From positions 15 to 64,014 of the forward strand of contig JAKALN010000001.1 in assembly GCA_021824155.1 (NCBI GenBank): a DNA stretch of 64,000 nt, given 5' to 3'. Both the position numbers and the translations under genes were made by a program. The stretch comes from a bacterium. GTDB lineage: Bacteria > Patescibacteriota > Microgenomatia > Levybacterales > UBA12049. Each line of letters opens with the position of its first letter. The first letter of the stretch is position 1. Under the pieces are notes generated by a model. It was given only the letters and a program-made list of their open reading frames with translations. It ran no database searches and was not told the DNA's origin. This document shows positions 9,362-20,661 of the stretch, piece by piece.

Positions 9362-10279
9362 TTATACCGTTAAAGATATACCTTTTTCTTTAAGTTTTTC
9401 TTCTATAACCGTAATTGATTTACCGCCCATGTTTCTCATTGAAATCAAATCTTTTCTGGGTGTTTCCAATAATTGTCCCAACGTTTCTATTCCGCCGTTT
9501 CTTAAACTATTGTAAATCCTTGTGGGTAAATCCAATTCGTCTATTGTAAGCCTTAATATTGCTTCCGGTACCGATGAATGAATTGCCGGAGCTTCTGTAG
9601 ATGGTGATGCCTTCGGCTCGTAAACCTGGAAGAAATAAGCGCTCAAAATCCTTGCGGCTTCGTCAAGTGCTTCTCTAGGCGTAACTACTCCGTTTGTCCA
9701 TACGTTAAGCGTTAACTTGTCCAGATTGGTTTGTCTTCCTACGCGTGTCGCGGAAACTTCATAATTTACTCTTCGTATAGGTGTAAATACGGCATCTGTC
9801 GGCAAAACTCCGAGTGTTGATATTTTCCTTTCTTCCGCCAATGAATAACCCATTCCTTTTTCAACAGTTAATTCTACATCCAGTTTTTTATCGGTTAAAA
9901 ATCCAAGATAATGGTCTTTATTTACTACTTCAACGTTTTCCGGAAGTTCCAAATCTTTTGCGGTAATTTCCTTGGGTCCTTTTACGGATAATTTTACTGT
10001 TGCTTCTGTGCTTGAATCAAGAAGTCTGAGGTTAAGGCCTTTTATGTTAAGAAGAAAATCAACTACATTTTCCTTAAGCCCGGGGACGGTAGAAAACTTG
10101 TGCTTTACCCCCGAGATTTTAACGGACGTTACAGCAGCTCCCGGAATAGAAACAAGAAGAACTCTTCTTAATGCATTTCCAAGAGTGTGTCCGTATCCCG
10201 GTTCTAATGGCTCTATGATAAATTCTGCAAAGGTATCTGTACCTTTTTGTTCTTTAATTTTAAAAGTCGGTTCGACCAT
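9362..10279 (-). CDS. rpoA: DNA-directed RNA polymerase subunit alpha
   Basis: N-terminal dimerisation domain and alpha-CTD; sits in its canonical operon position. Confidence 0.9.
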   Translation of the reverse strand: MVEPTFKIKEQKGTDTFAEFIIEPLEPGYGHTLGNALRRVLLVSIPGAAVTSVKISGVKHKFSTVPGLKENVVDFLLNIKGLNLRLLDSSTEATVKLSVKGPKEITAKDLELPENVEVVNKDHYLGFLTDKKLDVELTVEKGMGYSLAEERKISTLGVLPTDAVFTPIRRVNYEVSATRVGRQTNLDKLTLNVWTNGVVTPREALDEAARILSAYFFQVYEPKASPSTEAPAIHSSVPEAILRLTIDELDLPTRIYNSLRNGGIETLGQLLETPRKDLISMRNMGGKSITVIEEKLKEKGISLTV

Positions 10280-10296
10280 AGTTTTCTATTTTATCA

Positions 10297-10902
10297 CTAT
10301 CTGGAATAATATTCAATAATCAACTGCAGGTTAAAGGGAACCTCTAAATCTTCCTTTTTTGGCATTCTTAAAAGCTTACCCGAAACTCCTTCTCTTTTTA
10401 TAAAAGGAAGTATCTGCAAATCTTTATCACCTAAAAGTTCTGCCACCGAAGGGTTCTTTTGAACTTTCGGCGAGATAGAAACTACGTCATCCACTTTAAC
10501 CTGATAAGAAGGGATATTAACTGTTTTTCCGTTAACCAATATATGACCGTGATTAACAAACTGTCTGGCCATATTTCTTGATTTAGCAAAGCCAAGCCTG
10601 TAAACAACGTTATCAAGCCTTGTTTCAAGAAGGGCTACTATCATTTCTCCTGTTTCTCCTTTTCTCTTTTGTACGGATTGCACTAGCTTTTTAAATTGTT
10701 TTTCTAAAAGTCCGTACGATGTTTTTGCCTTCTGTTTTTCCCTAAGCTGTGTTCCGTATTCGGAAAGCCTTCTCTTTCTTTTCCTTCCATGGATTCCCGG
10801 AGGAACATTAAGACGTCTTTGCAAACTCTTGGAAGTTTTGTCTAAAACGTTTACTCCCTCTTTTCTTGCTAATCTATGTTTTGGTCCTGTATAACGTGCC
10901 AT
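10297..10902 (-). CDS. rpsD: 30S ribosomal protein S4
   Basis: MARYTGPKHRLARKEG start; S4 domain. Confidence 0.9.
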   Translation of the reverse strand: MARYTGPKHRLARKEGVNVLDKTSKSLQRRLNVPPGIHGRKRKRRLSEYGTQLREKQKAKTSYGLLEKQFKKLVQSVQKRKGETGEMIVALLETRLDNVVYRLGFAKSRNMARQFVNHGHILVNGKTVNIPSYQVKVDDVVSISPKVQKNPSVAELLGDKDLQILPFIKREGVSGKLLRMPKKEDLEVPFNLQLIIEYYSR

Positions 10903-10907
10903 ATTTT

Positions 10908-11312
10908 TTAAACCCTTCTTTTCTTTTGTGCCCTAGGCCCATTGTGCGGCATAGGAGTTACATCGGCTATCATTGATATTGATAATCCCGCAGATTTTAT
11001 TGCCCTCAAAGCAGCGTCTCTTCCGGATCCGGGACCTTTTACGTAAACCTCAACTGTTTTTATTCCGGCGTCTACGGCTTTTTTGGCAACCGACTCTACT
11101 GCCGTTGTTGCCGCAAAAGGGGTTGATTTTCTTGTTCCCTTAAATCCGCTTGCTCCGGCAGAACTCCATGCGACAGTGTCTCCCTTATCGTTTGTTATTG
11201 TAACAAGTGTGTTGTTAAAAGTTGCCGAAACAAAAACTTTTCCGTTTGCGGAAACCTTTAATGTTGATTTCTTTTTAGCTGTTTTCGTCTGTTTCTTATC
11301 TTCTTTAGCCAT
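10908..11312 (-). CDS. rpsK: 30S ribosomal protein S11
   Basis: S11 C-terminal block [18 protein letters not shown]. Confidence 0.9.
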   Translation of the reverse strand: MAKEDKKQTKTAKKKSTLKVSANGKVFVSATFNNTLVTITNDKGDTVAWSSAGASGFKGTRKSTPFAATTAVESVAKKAVDAGIKTVEVYVKGPGSGRDAALRAIKSAGLSISMIADVTPMPHNGPRAQKKRRV

Positions 11313-11314
11313 TT

Positions 11315-11734
11315 TTATTTAGCTCCTTTTTCCGAAGCTGCCGGTGCTCCAATGCCCATTTTTGCCGCAACTTCTTTCTTAATAGCTCCAATTGTTACTC
11401 TTTTTCCTCTTTTTGTCCTTGCGTTGGATTTTGTCCTTTGGCCTCTTACGGGTAAATTTTTACCGTGTCTTACTCCCCTATAAGCTCCAATTTCTTTCAA
11501 TCTTTTTATATTATCGGCAACCTCCGCCCTTAAATCTCCTTCGGTTTTATAGCCTTCAAGAACTTTTTGAATCTTTTTCTGCTCTTCCTCGGTAAGAGAT
11601 TTTACTCTTGTAGAAGCATCCACTTCGGATTTTTTAAGAATCTCCACGGCGTTTTTCCTTCCTATGCCATATAAATATGAAAGGGCTATGTCCACTCTTT
11701 TTTCATCCGGTATGTTTACTCCTGAAAATCTCAT
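11315..11734 (-). CDS. rpsM: 30S ribosomal protein S13
   Basis: [25 protein letters not shown]. Start placed at the internal Met (11734) by homology; the ORF track begins 16 codons earlier. Confidence 0.85.
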   Translation of the reverse strand: MRFSGVNIPDEKRVDIALSYLYGIGRKNAVEILKKSEVDASTRVKSLTEEEQKKIQKVLEGYKTEGDLRAEVADNIKRLKEIGAYRGVRHGKNLPVRGQRTKSNARTKRGKRVTIGAIKKEVAAKMGIGAPAASEKGAK

Positions 11735-11738
11735 ATAA

Positions 11739-11852
11739 TTATCCTTGTCTTTGTTTGTGTCTGGGGTTTTCGCACACGACACGTAAAACGCCTCTGCGTT
11801 TAATTATTTTGCATTTTGCACATCTTGGTTTAACACTTGCTTGTACCTTCAT
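11739..11852 (-). CDS. rpmJ: 50S ribosomal protein L36 (37 aa), missed by the ORF track
   Basis: Hand translation gives [37 protein letters not shown]. Canonical position between infA and rpsM. Confidence 0.85.
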   Translation of the reverse strand: MKVQASVKPRCAKCKIIKRRGVLRVVCENPRHKQRQG

Positions 11853-11854
11853 TA

Positions 11855-12073
11855 TTATTTACTTCTGTAAACTATTCTTCCCTTTGTTTTGTCATAAGGA
11901 GTCATTTCGACTCTAACTTTATCTCCGGGCAAGATTTTTATAAAGTTCATCCTCATTTTACCCGACAAATGACAAAGAATTATATCTCCGTTTGTTAACT
12001 CAACTCTAAAAAGAGTATTGGGTAAAGATTCCCTTACAACTCCTTCGGCTTCAAAACTTCCTTGATGAGCCAT
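11855..12073 (-). CDS. infA: Translation initiation factor IF-1
   Basis: S1-like OB fold; 72 aa with [13 protein letters not shown]. Confidence 0.9.
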   Translation of the reverse strand: MAHQGSFEAEGVVRESLPNTLFRVELTNGDIILCHLSGKMRMNFIKILPGDKVRVEMTPYDKTKGRIVYRSK

Positions 12074-12158
12074 AAAATAAAATCCTAATCCTGCGGCTGA
12101 GCCTGCGGATTTAGAATTTTGTATATCTGATTATAGCAAACGAACCTAAAAAGAGCAA

Positions 12159-12929
12159 CTATTTTGTCAAAACAAGCGGACCGTCTTTGGTTATTGCAAC
12201 TGTCCTTTCAAAAACTCCGGAAATACTCCCGTCTTCAGTTTTTATAGTCCAACCATCATTATTTGCGTACACAACATCACTCGCCCCCATGTTGTAAATA
12301 ACCTCAATTGCTATAACCATCCCTTCTTTAAGAAGGGGGGTATTTTCAATTTTACCCTCTAAATATCCGGGAATCTCCGGTTCCTCGTGTAAATTACGGC
12401 CTACTCCATGGCCTACAAGGCTCCTTACAACCGAATAACCGCCTTGTTTTTCAACTATATCTTGTATTGTTTTTGATATATCCCCCACATGGTTTCCATA
12501 CTTTGCCATTTTTATTCCTTCGCCAAGAGCCATTTTTCCTGTTTCTAAAAATTTATCTACTTCGTCTCTTTTTAATTTTGAATTTTCTCCCCTAACTCTT
12601 ATTGTTTCTGACATGTCCGAATGAAATCCTTTATAAAAAACTCCGCAGTCAATTCCTATAACATCTCCCTCTTTTAATTTATAATCCGAGGGTATTCCAT
12701 GAACAACAACTTCGTTGGTTGAAATACAGGTTGCATTATGATACCCGGGGACTTTTTTAAATCCGGGCTCACCGCCTTGTTTTACAATCAAATCGTTGGC
12801 AAGTTTATCAATCTCTTTTTCCGATATTCCCGGCCTTATATGTTTTAAAACCTCAAAAAGAGTTTCGGCCAAAATATGGCCGGATTTTTGCATTATTTCT
12901 ACTTCTTCTTTATTTTTAATTTTTATCAT
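12159..12929 (-). CDS. map: Methionine aminopeptidase type I
   Basis: MAP pita-bread fold sequence blocks. Confidence 0.85.
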   Translation of the reverse strand: MIKIKNKEEVEIMQKSGHILAETLFEVLKHIRPGISEKEIDKLANDLIVKQGGEPGFKKVPGYHNATCISTNEVVVHGIPSDYKLKEGDVIGIDCGVFYKGFHSDMSETIRVRGENSKLKRDEVDKFLETGKMALGEGIKMAKYGNHVGDISKTIQDIVEKQGGYSVVRSLVGHGVGRNLHEEPEIPGYLEGKIENTPLLKEGMVIAIEVIYNMGASDVVYANNDGWTIKTEDGSISGVFERTVAITKDGPLVLTK

Positions 12930-13602
12930 TTTTTATCCTTCTTATTATCTTTTCTATTGTCTCTTTCTCCGACATTTCGGAGTTATCTAAGACAATATAT
13001 CCTAAGCCTTGCGGATCTTTAGCAAGAGGGTCTATTTCCCTGTTTGAATCCTGCTCGTCTCTTGATATTACATCCCGTAAAACATCATCAAATTCCTTTT
13101 TATCTCCCCTGTCTTCAATTTGCAAAAGCCTCCTTCTGGCTCTTATTCTTGCCTGTGCAGTCAAAAAAAATTTAAATTCGGCGTTTGGAAAAACTTTTGT
13201 TCCGGTATCTCTTCCTTCGGCAACAACTATTTTTCCCTCATTAACCAAATCCCTTGCAATATCCTGCTGAATATTCACCATTTTTTCCCTTACTTCTTTT
13301 ATTAATCCGACATCGGAAGCTCCCATTGCCGTATCCTCTTTTTTTATCCTTTCTGTAACGTCTTTGGAATTTAAAAATATTCCATCCCCATTGAAATGCA
13401 TTTTAAAAAAGGGAAGAATTTTTATTATTTGTTTTTTATCTTTTGTGCTTATCCCTTTTTCTATACACAAAAGCGCAAGGCATCTGTACATTGCGCCCGT
13501 GTATAAATAAAATCCGTTTAATTTTTTGGCAAGAAGCGGGGCGACTGTTCCTTTACCTGCGGCTACCGGTCCGTCTATTGCAATAATAAATCCTTTTGAC
13601 AT
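12916..13602 (-). CDS. cmk: Cytidylate kinase
   Basis: IAIDGPVAAGKGTV P-loop and CMP kinase family sequence. Confidence 0.85.
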   Translation of the reverse strand: MSKGFIIAIDGPVAAGKGTVAPLLAKKLNGFYLYTGAMYRCLALLCIEKGISTKDKKQIIKILPFFKMHFNGDGIFLNSKDVTERIKKEDTAMGASDVGLIKEVREKMVNIQQDIARDLVNEGKIVVAEGRDTGTKVFPNAEFKFFLTAQARIRARRRLLQIEDRGDKKEFDDVLRDVISRDEQDSNREIDPLAKDPQGLGYIVLDNSEMSEKETIEKIIRRIKNDKN

Positions 13603-13615
13603 TAAAAATAATTTT

Positions 13616-14152
13616 TTATTTAGAAAGTTTTTCTAATATTTCTTTTGAAATTTCCTCTATAGACTTTTCTCCGTCTATTTCAATAAGTATCCCTTTTTTC
13701 CTAAAATATTCCAAAACAGGCTCGGTGAATTCATGGAAAAGGCTTATCCTTTTCCTAATTGCCTTTAAAGTATCATCTTCTCTGTTGTCGTCCCTTCCCG
13801 AGAGCCTCCACAAAGCTTCTTTATCGGAAACTTTAAGATAAATGACTTTACTTATTCCGTTTTCAAATTTTTCTACCTGTTGGGTTGTTCTTGGAAAACC
13901 ATCCATAATATAGCCGTTTTTGTATTCGGGTCTGTGCAGGTATTCACTTACAATTTCTAAAGCCTTATCATCGGGAATAAGATAACCGGCATTAATTGTT
14001 TCTTTTATATATCTTCCAAGAGGGGTTTTTTCTTTTGCCATTTCCCTAAAAATATGACCTGTGGAAAGATAAGGGATAGACAATTCTTTAGAAAGAATAT
14101 TTCCCTGCGTTGATTTTCCCGCTCCCTGAATTCCGATAAGGATTAATTTCAT
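13616..14152 (-). CDS. adk: Adenylate kinase (short-lid form)
   Basis: GIQGAGKSTQ P-loop; sits after secY as in the spc operon. Confidence 0.85.
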   Translation of the reverse strand: MKLILIGIQGAGKSTQGNILSKELSIPYLSTGHIFREMAKEKTPLGRYIKETINAGYLIPDDKALEIVSEYLHRPEYKNGYIMDGFPRTTQQVEKFENGISKVIYLKVSDKEALWRLSGRDDNREDDTLKAIRKRISLFHEFTEPVLEYFRKKGILIEIDGEKSIEEISKEILEKLSK

Positions 14153-14156
14153 AGCT

Positions 14157-15446
14157 CTATTTCTTTGCGAAACCTTCGTAATTTCTCATTACAAGCTGTG
14201 CCTCAATTGCTTTTATTGTTTCCAAAATTACCGAAACAACTATTAAAATTCCCGTGCCTCCCAATAAAAGATTCTGTACATTTGTAGCTGCCCTGGCAAT
14301 TGTAGGGAAAATGGCTATAACGCCTAAGAATAATGCTCCTGCCAATGTAATTCTTGTTAAAATGTAATTTAAATATTTAGCCGTTGGGGCCCCCGGCCTT
14401 ATTCCGGGAATAAATCCTCCGTATTTTTGGATTTCTTCGGATATTTTCTTGGGATTAAATACAACCGCCGTATAAAAATATGTAAAACCTACAACCAAAA
14501 TAAAATACAATGCATTATAAAAAAACCCGTTTGGATTAAGCCAAACAGTTATAAGCGTTGCAATGTCATGCAAAACGGGAATTTTTGAAACCGCAAAATA
14601 ATTTGCTATTAATGAAGGAAGTAAAACAAGAGAAACGGCAAAAATAATAGGTATTACCCCAGCTTGGTTTAATCTAAGCGGTAAATGGGTTGATTGGCCT
14701 CCATACATTTTGTTTCCCCTTACTTGTTTGGCATAATAAACCGTTATTTGCCTTGTGGCTTCATTAATTATTACTATCGAGGCAATAACTACAAGACCCA
14801 TAACCGCAAAAACGCCCAAATTAAAGAAATTCTGGGCATTTACCGTAGACGCTGTCTGTCCAAACATTACGGGAAGTCTCGATATAATTCCTGCAAAAAT
14901 AAGAAGAGAAATTCCGTTTCCTACTCCTTTATCCGTAATCATTTCGCCCATCCACACCAAAAGCATTGTACCGGCAGTCGTAACTACCAAAAATGAGACC
15001 AAGTCCAGGGGATTTAAAACGGAAATAATCCCTTGATTTCGCAAAAGCGCATACATTCCGACTCCCTGAAGCATTGCAAGCGGCACGGTTAGCATTCTCG
15101 TGTACTGGTTTATTTTCTGTCTTCCCTGTTCTCCTTCTTTTTGAAGTTCTTCGATTTTTGGGAACACCATTCCCAAAAGCTGGAATATTATCGAGGCGTT
15201 AATGTAAGGATTTAATCCCAAAGCCATAACGGAAAAATTAGCAAGGGTCCCCCCGGAAAAAATATCCAAAAGACCTAAAAATTGATTCTGTGCAAAAAGT
15301 GCTTTTAATTGAAGAAGATTAACTCCTGAAACGGGGATATGGGCGAATACTCTTGATACGGCAAATATTAAAGCAGTAAACAAAAGTTTTCTTCTTATAT
15401 CGGGTGAATTTACGCTGTTTTTAAAAATGGCCAGAATTTTATCCAT
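14157..15446 (-). CDS. secY: Preprotein translocase subunit SecY
   Basis: 10-TM protein, 429 aa, in its canonical spc-operon position. Confidence 0.9.
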   Translation of the reverse strand: MDKILAIFKNSVNSPDIRRKLLFTALIFAVSRVFAHIPVSGVNLLQLKALFAQNQFLGLLDIFSGGTLANFSVMALGLNPYINASIIFQLLGMVFPKIEELQKEGEQGRQKINQYTRMLTVPLAMLQGVGMYALLRNQGIISVLNPLDLVSFLVVTTAGTMLLVWMGEMITDKGVGNGISLLIFAGIISRLPVMFGQTASTVNAQNFFNLGVFAVMGLVVIASIVIINEATRQITVYYAKQVRGNKMYGGQSTHLPLRLNQAGVIPIIFAVSLVLLPSLIANYFAVSKIPVLHDIATLITVWLNPNGFFYNALYFILVVGFTYFYTAVVFNPKKISEEIQKYGGFIPGIRPGAPTAKYLNYILTRITLAGALFLGVIAIFPTIARAATNVQNLLLGGTGILIVVSVILETIKAIEAQLVMRNYEGFAKK

Positions 15447-15450
15447 TTAG

Positions 15451-15891
15451 TTAAATTTCTATTTTTCCGCCAGCTTTTTTTATTTTTTCTCCTGCCTTTT
15501 TTGATATAGGCAGTTTTATGGTTAACGGCATTTTTATCTCTCCGTCTCCCAAAATTTTTACCCCGTATATACCAGCTTCTTTTTCATCTACTATTTTTTT
15601 CGATATTAGTGCTTTCAAATCTATTGCATCATCTTTTTTAAATAGATTCAATGCCTTTATGTTAACGACAATAGGTTTTTTCTTGAAAACTTTATTCTTA
15701 CCTTTACCCCTTCTAAAAGGAAGTCTTTTTATAAGAGGTAGAGCTCCGCCTTCAAAATGAAGGGGTATTTTTCCTCTGGATTTTTGGCCCTTGGTCCCTC
15801 TTCCCGAGGTTTTTACACGGCCTGAACCATGGCCCTGACCCAGCCTTTTCTTCTCTTTTTTTGTAGTCTTTGAAAGATTACTTAGATTCAT
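15451..15891 (-). CDS. rplO: 50S ribosomal protein L15
   Basis: Gly/Lys-rich N-terminus and L15 core. Confidence 0.85.
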   Translation of the reverse strand: MNLSNLSKTTKKEKKRLGQGHGSGRVKTSGRGTKGQKSRGKIPLHFEGGALPLIKRLPFRRGKGKNKVFKKKPIVVNIKALNLFKKDDAIDLKALISKKIVDEKEAGIYGVKILGDGEIKMPLTIKLPISKKAGEKIKKAGGKIEI

Positions 15892-16393
15892 TTTTAACTC
15901 CCCTCAATTGTTTTTCCCTTTTATATCTGTCGGACAATCTCTTTAAAGCCTCTATTGTAGCGTAAACATTGCTTGCCTGGTTTTTTGTTCCCAAAACTTT
16001 TGAAGAGATGTTTTGTATTCCCGCAAGAGATACTACGCTTCTTACTGCTCCTCCCGCAATAACTCCGCTTCCCGGAGGTGCAGGTTTAAGAATAATTTTT
16101 GCGGCACCTAATTTAATATTAAACTCAAAAGGTATAGTGCCATTTTTGATAGGAACCTCAATCGCATGTTTTTTTGCAAGAGACACTCCTTTTTTAATCG
16201 CCGAAGAAACATCCGGAGCTTTACCAAGACCTACTCCGACTTTTCCTTTCCTGTCTCCAACAACTGTTAATACGGAAAATCCTATTTTATTTCCGCCCTT
16301 TGTCTTTTTCGAAACCCTGTTAACCTGGACTATCTCTTCTTCAAATCCGTCCTGGTTTCTCTGATATTCCATTTGTTTAATGTTTCTATCCAT
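15878..16393 (-). CDS. rpsE: 30S ribosomal protein S5
   Basis: S5 dsRBD and C-terminal domain. Overlaps rplO directly, with no rpmD between them. Confidence 0.9.
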   Translation of the reverse strand: MDRNIKQMEYQRNQDGFEEEIVQVNRVSKKTKGGNKIGFSVLTVVGDRKGKVGVGLGKAPDVSSAIKKGVSLAKKHAIEVPIKNGTIPFEFNIKLGAAKIILKPAPPGSGVIAGGAVRSVVSLAGIQNISSKVLGTKNQASNVYATIEALKRLSDRYKREKQLRGVKNESK

Positions 16394-16741
16394 TTAGAAT
16401 TCAAGTCCTCCTTCCCTGGCTCCCTCTGCCAAAGCTTTTACTCTACCATGATAAATATAACTTCCTCTGTCAAAAACAACTTTTTTTATTTTTTTATCCA
16501 AAACTTTTTTGGCAATAAAAATTCCAAGTAATTTTGCCTTATCGGTTTTATTTGTTTTTTCCTTTACTTTTAAGTCTTTTTCAGACACTCCCAATATTGT
16601 TTCTCCTTTTTCGTCATTTATAATTTGGGCGAAAATATATTTATTTGATTTAAATACCGAAAGCCTCGGTTTTTCTTTGGTCCCGATAATCTTAGCCCTT
16701 ACCCTTAACTGTCTTCTTTGTTTTTGTGTTTTATTTCTCAT
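16394..16741 (-). CDS. rplR: 50S ribosomal protein L18
   Basis: L18 family sequence; conserved position. Confidence 0.85.
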   Translation of the reverse strand: MRNKTQKQRRQLRVRAKIIGTKEKPRLSVFKSNKYIFAQIINDEKGETILGVSEKDLKVKEKTNKTDKAKLLGIFIAKKVLDKKIKKVVFDRGSYIYHGRVKALAEGAREGGLEF

Positions 16742-16743
16742 AA

Positions 16744-17295
16744 TTATTTAGCTCCTACTGCCTTTGCAGCTTTTCCTGTTTTTCTTCTTATTCTTTCTCC
16801 CTGATACTTTATTCCTTTACCTTTATAAGGCTCAGGCGGTCTTATAGCTCTGATTTTTGCTGCAGTATTTCCGACCAAAGCTTTATCTATTCCTATAACG
16901 GTAATTATGTTTTCTTCGACGGCAAAAGTTATCCCTTCTTCGCCTTTTATAATAACAGGGTGGGAAAATCCCAGGGAAAGAGTCAAAGTGTTTCCCGATG
17001 CCTGCCCCCTGTATCCTACTCCGGAAAGCTCAAGTTTTTTCTCAAACCCCGAAGAAACACCCGTTACCATATTTGACACCATGGATCTTGTTAATCCAAA
17101 AAGCGCATTTGTTTTTACATCATTTTTTATTTTTTGGGATATTACCAGTTTTCCTTCCTCTTCTTTAACCTCTATTCCCTGGGGAATAGGAAAAAAAAGG
17201 GAACCCTTAGGACCATTAACCAAAACTTTATCGTTTGTAATAGATGCCGTAACTCCCTCTTTTAATAAAACCGGTTTTTTAGCAATTTTAGACAT
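16744..17295 (-). CDS. rplF: 50S ribosomal protein L6
   Basis: Two L6 alpha/beta domains. Confidence 0.9.
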   Translation of the reverse strand: MSKIAKKPVLLKEGVTASITNDKVLVNGPKGSLFFPIPQGIEVKEEEGKLVISQKIKNDVKTNALFGLTRSMVSNMVTGVSSGFEKKLELSGVGYRGQASGNTLTLSLGFSHPVIIKGEEGITFAVEENIITVIGIDKALVGNTAAKIRAIRPPEPYKGKGIKYQGERIRRKTGKAAKAVGAK

Positions 17296-17307
17296 AACTG
17301 TTTCTAT

Positions 17308-17700
17308 TTACCAGATGGTAAATAATATTTCTCCCCCTACTCCTTTTTTTCTGGCTTCCTGTCCGGTCATAACACCCATACTTGTTGATATTATAACCGT
17401 CTTTTTACCTTTTCTTTCTATATTTCCCACATGTTTTACGGATTCATAAACTCTTAAAGAGGGTTTTGAAATAATTACAACGTCCGTTAAAACAGGGATC
17501 CTTTTTTCGTATCTGACAACAGCTTTTAAACTTTTTTTGCCCTTGGCGCTTTCTTCTTTTATACTTTCCAAAAATCCCTCTTTAACCAAAACCTTTCCAA
17601 TTTCTTTATTTATGTTTGAAAAAGGAAGCACAACTTCTTTTCTTCGTGCCATAGTCGCATTTTTAATTCTTATAATAAAATCGGAAACTTTATGATTCAT
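17308..17700 (-). CDS. rpsH: 30S ribosomal protein S8
   Basis: S8 family sequence; conserved position. Confidence 0.9.
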   Translation of the reverse strand: MNHKVSDFIIRIKNATMARRKEVVLPFSNINKEIGKVLVKEGFLESIKEESAKGKKSLKAVVRYEKRIPVLTDVVIISKPSLRVYESVKHVGNIERKGKKTVIISTSMGVMTGQEARKKGVGGEILFTIW

Positions 17701-17706
17701 ATAAAT

Positions 17707-17892
17707 CTACCAGGTGGACTTATGTACCCCCGGTAATTCTCCTTTCTGCGCCAATTCTCTAAAGCAAAGTCTGCAAATCCCGAATTTTCTCATATAAGCC
17801 CTGGATCTTCCGCAGATCTTACACCTGTTTTTTTCTCTTACTTTAAACTTTTGTTTTTGCTGAGATCTTACAACGTTAGATGTTTTTGCCAT
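17707..17892 (-). CDS. rpsN: 30S ribosomal protein S14 type Z (zinc-binding, 61 aa)
   Basis: [23 protein letters not shown] has four Cys. Confidence 0.85.
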   Translation of the reverse strand: MAKTSNVVRSQQKQKFKVREKNRCKICGRSRAYMRKFGICRLCFRELAQKGELPGVHKSTW

Positions 17893-17893
17893 A

Positions 17894-18433
17894 TTATTTT
17901 ATAAAAGGCATGCCTAATGCCTCTAAAAGCGCCTCCCCTTCCTTGTCGTTTTTTGCCGTTGTAACAATACTTAATTCCAAACCCTGTACTTTATCCATTT
18001 TCCCCGGGTCTATTTCCGGAAAAACACTGCTTTCGGCAAATCCCAAGGTATAATTTCCGTGTCCGTCAAAACTGTTTCTTTTTACTCCATGGAAATCCCT
18101 AAGCCTTGGAAAAACAATAGAAACAAGTTTATCATAAAAATCGTACATTCTCTCTCCTCTTAAAGTTGCCACAAGTCCTATTTCGTCTCCTTCTCTTAAC
18201 TTAAATGTAGAAATAGACTTTTTAGCCTTCATGACTTTTGCTTTTTGACCCGAAATAAGAGCAAGAGTTTCCGCGGCTTTCTCCATATTCTTTTTGTCTG
18301 CCAAAGCATCTTTTACTCCCATGTTAAGCACTATTTTTGAAAGCTTAGGTACGGACATCGGGTTTTTTATCCCCAAATCAGTCTGTAATTTTTTAGCTAA
18401 TTCTTTTTTGAATTTTTCTTCTAATCTACTCAT
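17894..18433 (-). CDS. rplE: 50S ribosomal protein L5
   Basis: Start placed at [12 protein letters not shown], immediately after the rplX stop. Confidence 0.9.
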   Translation of the reverse strand: MSRLEEKFKKELAKKLQTDLGIKNPMSVPKLSKIVLNMGVKDALADKKNMEKAAETLALISGQKAKVMKAKKSISTFKLREGDEIGLVATLRGERMYDFYDKLVSIVFPRLRDFHGVKRNSFDGHGNYTLGFAESSVFPEIDPGKMDKVQGLELSIVTTAKNDKEGEALLEALGMPFIK

Positions 18434-18735
18434 ATTTCCGCCTTGCATTTGCTGCAAATCCTGACCTTACTGTTCTTTTCAATCTTATATCCAACCCTTG
18501 TTGTCAAATGGCATTTAGGACAAACCAATGCAACGTTTGTAACTATTAACGGCTTAGTCAGAGTTACAATTTCCGACGGCTCGCTTTCCGACCTTTTTTT
18601 AAGATGCCTCTTAAATTGGTTTATGTTGTTTATCAAAACTTTATTTACTTTTGGAAAAACTTTTTCTATTTTTCCTGTTTTTCCTTTATCTTTACCTCTT
18701 ACAACCTTTACCTCGTCTCCTTTTTTGAATTTCAT
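18430..18735 (-). CDS. rplX: 50S ribosomal protein L24 with C-terminal CxxC...CxxC
   Basis: KOW motif GDEVKVVRGKDKGKTG. The C-terminus has CPKC...CSKC. Confidence 0.85.
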   Translation of the reverse strand: MKFKKGDEVKVVRGKDKGKTGKIEKVFPKVNKVLINNINQFKRHLKKRSESEPSEIVTLTKPLIVTNVALVCPKCHLTTRVGYKIEKNSKVRICSKCKAEI

Positions 18736-18736
18736 A

Positions 18737-19111
18737 TTATACAACCTCCACTGCCATACTGGCTATCTTTGCAAAACCCCTGTCCCTTACCTCTCTTGCT
18801 ACGGGACCGAAAATCCTGGTTCCTCTTGGGTTCTTATCTTTAATATTATCTATTAAAACTCCTGCGTTGTCGGAAAATCTTACATAAGAGCCGTCCGCTC
18901 TTCTGAATTCCTTCCTGGACCTTATTAAAACAACCTTTACTATTTCACTGTCTTTAACCTGTCCGGTCGGATTCGCTTCTCTTACGACGCAATTCAAAAC
19001 GTCACCGATATATCCGTATTTTCTTTTTGATCCGCCAAAAATATGGATAACCATTAAAGATTTTGCCCCCGAATTATCTGCAACTTTTAATATACTTCTA
19101 TGCTGTATCAT
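18737..19111 (-). CDS. rplN: 50S ribosomal protein L14
   Basis: [17 protein letters not shown] start. Confidence 0.9.
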   Translation of the reverse strand: MIQHRSILKVADNSGAKSLMVIHIFGGSKRKYGYIGDVLNCVVREANPTGQVKDSEIVKVVLIRSRKEFRRADGSYVRFSDNAGVLIDNIKDKNPRGTRIFGPVAREVRDRGFAKIASMAVEVV

Positions 19112-19341
19112 TTTATTTTCTCCGTTACTTTAAAGTTTTTGTCCTTTGATATAGGTTTTACTTCCTGTATTCTTACTCTGTCACCTAACGAAAGAGTTAT
19201 TCCCGCCAAGTCTGCTTTAAATTTTTTAGTTCTTTTTAGCCTCTTTTTATAAAGAGGATGTGAAATATACCTTAAAACTTCAACTACTGCCGTGTTTTGC
19301 ATTTTTAATGAAACTACTGTTCCTTCAAATATTTTTTTCAT
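19108..19341 (-). CDS. rpsQ: 30S ribosomal protein S17
   Basis: S17 OB-fold sequence. Confidence 0.85.
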   Translation of the reverse strand: MKKIFEGTVVSLKMQNTAVVEVLRYISHPLYKKRLKRTKKFKADLAGITLSLGDRVRIQEVKPISKDKNFKVTEKIK

Positions 19342-19342
19342 A

Positions 19343-19546
19343 TTATTTTACAAACTCCTTTTCTTTCATTACCGTTAAAATCTGGGCAATTTCTTTTCTT
19401 TTTATAAATATTTTCCTGGGATTTTTCAATTTATTTTGTGCTTTTTCAAGCCTATCGTTAAACAATTCCTCTTTTGCATTCTTTAAAAGAGTCTTTAATT
19501 CTGCCAAACTTTTTGTATGTAAATCCTTTTTTTCTTTTGTTTTCAT
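19343..19546 (-). CDS. rpmC: 50S ribosomal protein L29
   Basis: 67-aa helical protein in its canonical position. Confidence 0.8.
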   Translation of the reverse strand: MKTKEKKDLHTKSLAELKTLLKNAKEELFNDRLEKAQNKLKNPRKIFIKRKEIAQILTVMKEKEFVK

Positions 19547-19547
19547 A

Positions 19548-19955
19548 TTATGGTTTAACCATTATCCTTGTTTTTACATGTAACTTATGCGACGCCAGTC
19601 TTAAAGCGGAAAAAGCAACGTCCTGAGTAACTCCTCCCATTTCAAAAAGCATTCTTCCCGGCTTGACCGGTGCTACGAATTCAAAAACATCTCCTTTTCC
19701 GCTTCCCATTCTGGTTTCGGCCGGTTTTTTTGTTATCGGCTTATCCGGAAAAATTCTTATCCATACCCTTCCTCCTCTTTGGGTATAGTGGGTAATGGCT
19801 CTTCTGGCAGCCTCTATTTCCCTGCTTGAAATCCATCCTGTATCTTCGCTTAATAAACCGAATTCCCCAAAGGAAATTTTTGTGCCTCTATAAGCGTTTC
19901 CTTTTAATCTTCCTCTTTGCTGTTTTCTGTATTTTGCTCTTCTTGGAACTAACAT
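19548..19955 (-). CDS. rplP: 50S ribosomal protein L16
   Basis: [15 protein letters not shown] start. Confidence 0.9.
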   Translation of the reverse strand: MLVPRRAKYRKQQRGRLKGNAYRGTKISFGEFGLLSEDTGWISSREIEAARRAITHYTQRGGRVWIRIFPDKPITKKPAETRMGSGKGDVFEFVAPVKPGRMLFEMGGVTQDVAFSALRLASHKLHVKTRIMVKP

Positions 19956-19957
19956 AA

Positions 19958-20599
19958 TTATTCTTCCCTATTTATCCAAACTTTTACCCCTATATATCCT
20001 TTCTTTGTTAAAGCAGGAACGCTTGCATAGCTAATATGTTCTCTAATTGTTGAAAGAGGAACTTTCCCTTTTTGAAGTTTTTCCCTTCTTCCAATTTCCG
20101 CCCCTCCGATTCTTCCCGATAAAACTATTCTTACTCCTTTTGCTCCCGAACCCATAACTTTTTCAACTGTCTGATTAAGGACCCTTTTTGCAGGAAGCCT
20201 TTTTATAAGCTGGTCCGATACGTTTCGTGCAACCAAAGTAGCATCCAAATTCGGATCTTTTATCGGCTCTACCCTTATATCTAATTTTTGCGCATTCTTG
20301 CCGTTTTTCTTAAACGCAAGTTTTTGATATAAAAATTCCTTAAGTTCTTCAAGCCCCGAACCTGCTCTTCCGATAACCATACCTGGCCTTGAAACATTAG
20401 CAGTTATTTTAATGCTGTTAATTGACCTTTCAATAACAATTTCGGAAATTCCCGCGTTTCTAAGCCTTTCGTTTAATATCTTTCTTAGCTTATGGTCTTC
20501 AAGCAGGGTTTCGCTGTAACGCTTATCGTCAAACCAGCGGCTGCTCCAGTTATAAACCGGGCCTAATCTTATTACTCTTGGATTAACTTTTTGTCCCAT
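19958..20599 (-). CDS. rpsC: 30S ribosomal protein S3
   Basis: [13 protein letters not shown] start and KH domain. Confidence 0.9.
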   Translation of the reverse strand: MGQKVNPRVIRLGPVYNWSSRWFDDKRYSETLLEDHKLRKILNERLRNAGISEIVIERSINSIKITANVSRPGMVIGRAGSGLEELKEFLYQKLAFKKNGKNAQKLDIRVEPIKDPNLDATLVARNVSDQLIKRLPAKRVLNQTVEKVMGSGAKGVRIVLSGRIGGAEIGRREKLQKGKVPLSTIREHISYASVPALTKKGYIGVKVWINREE

Positions 20600-20661
20600 A
20601 TCCTGAAATTTTCTAAATCCTAATGTCTAATTGATTTTATGTCAATTAGGTTAATTAGTAA

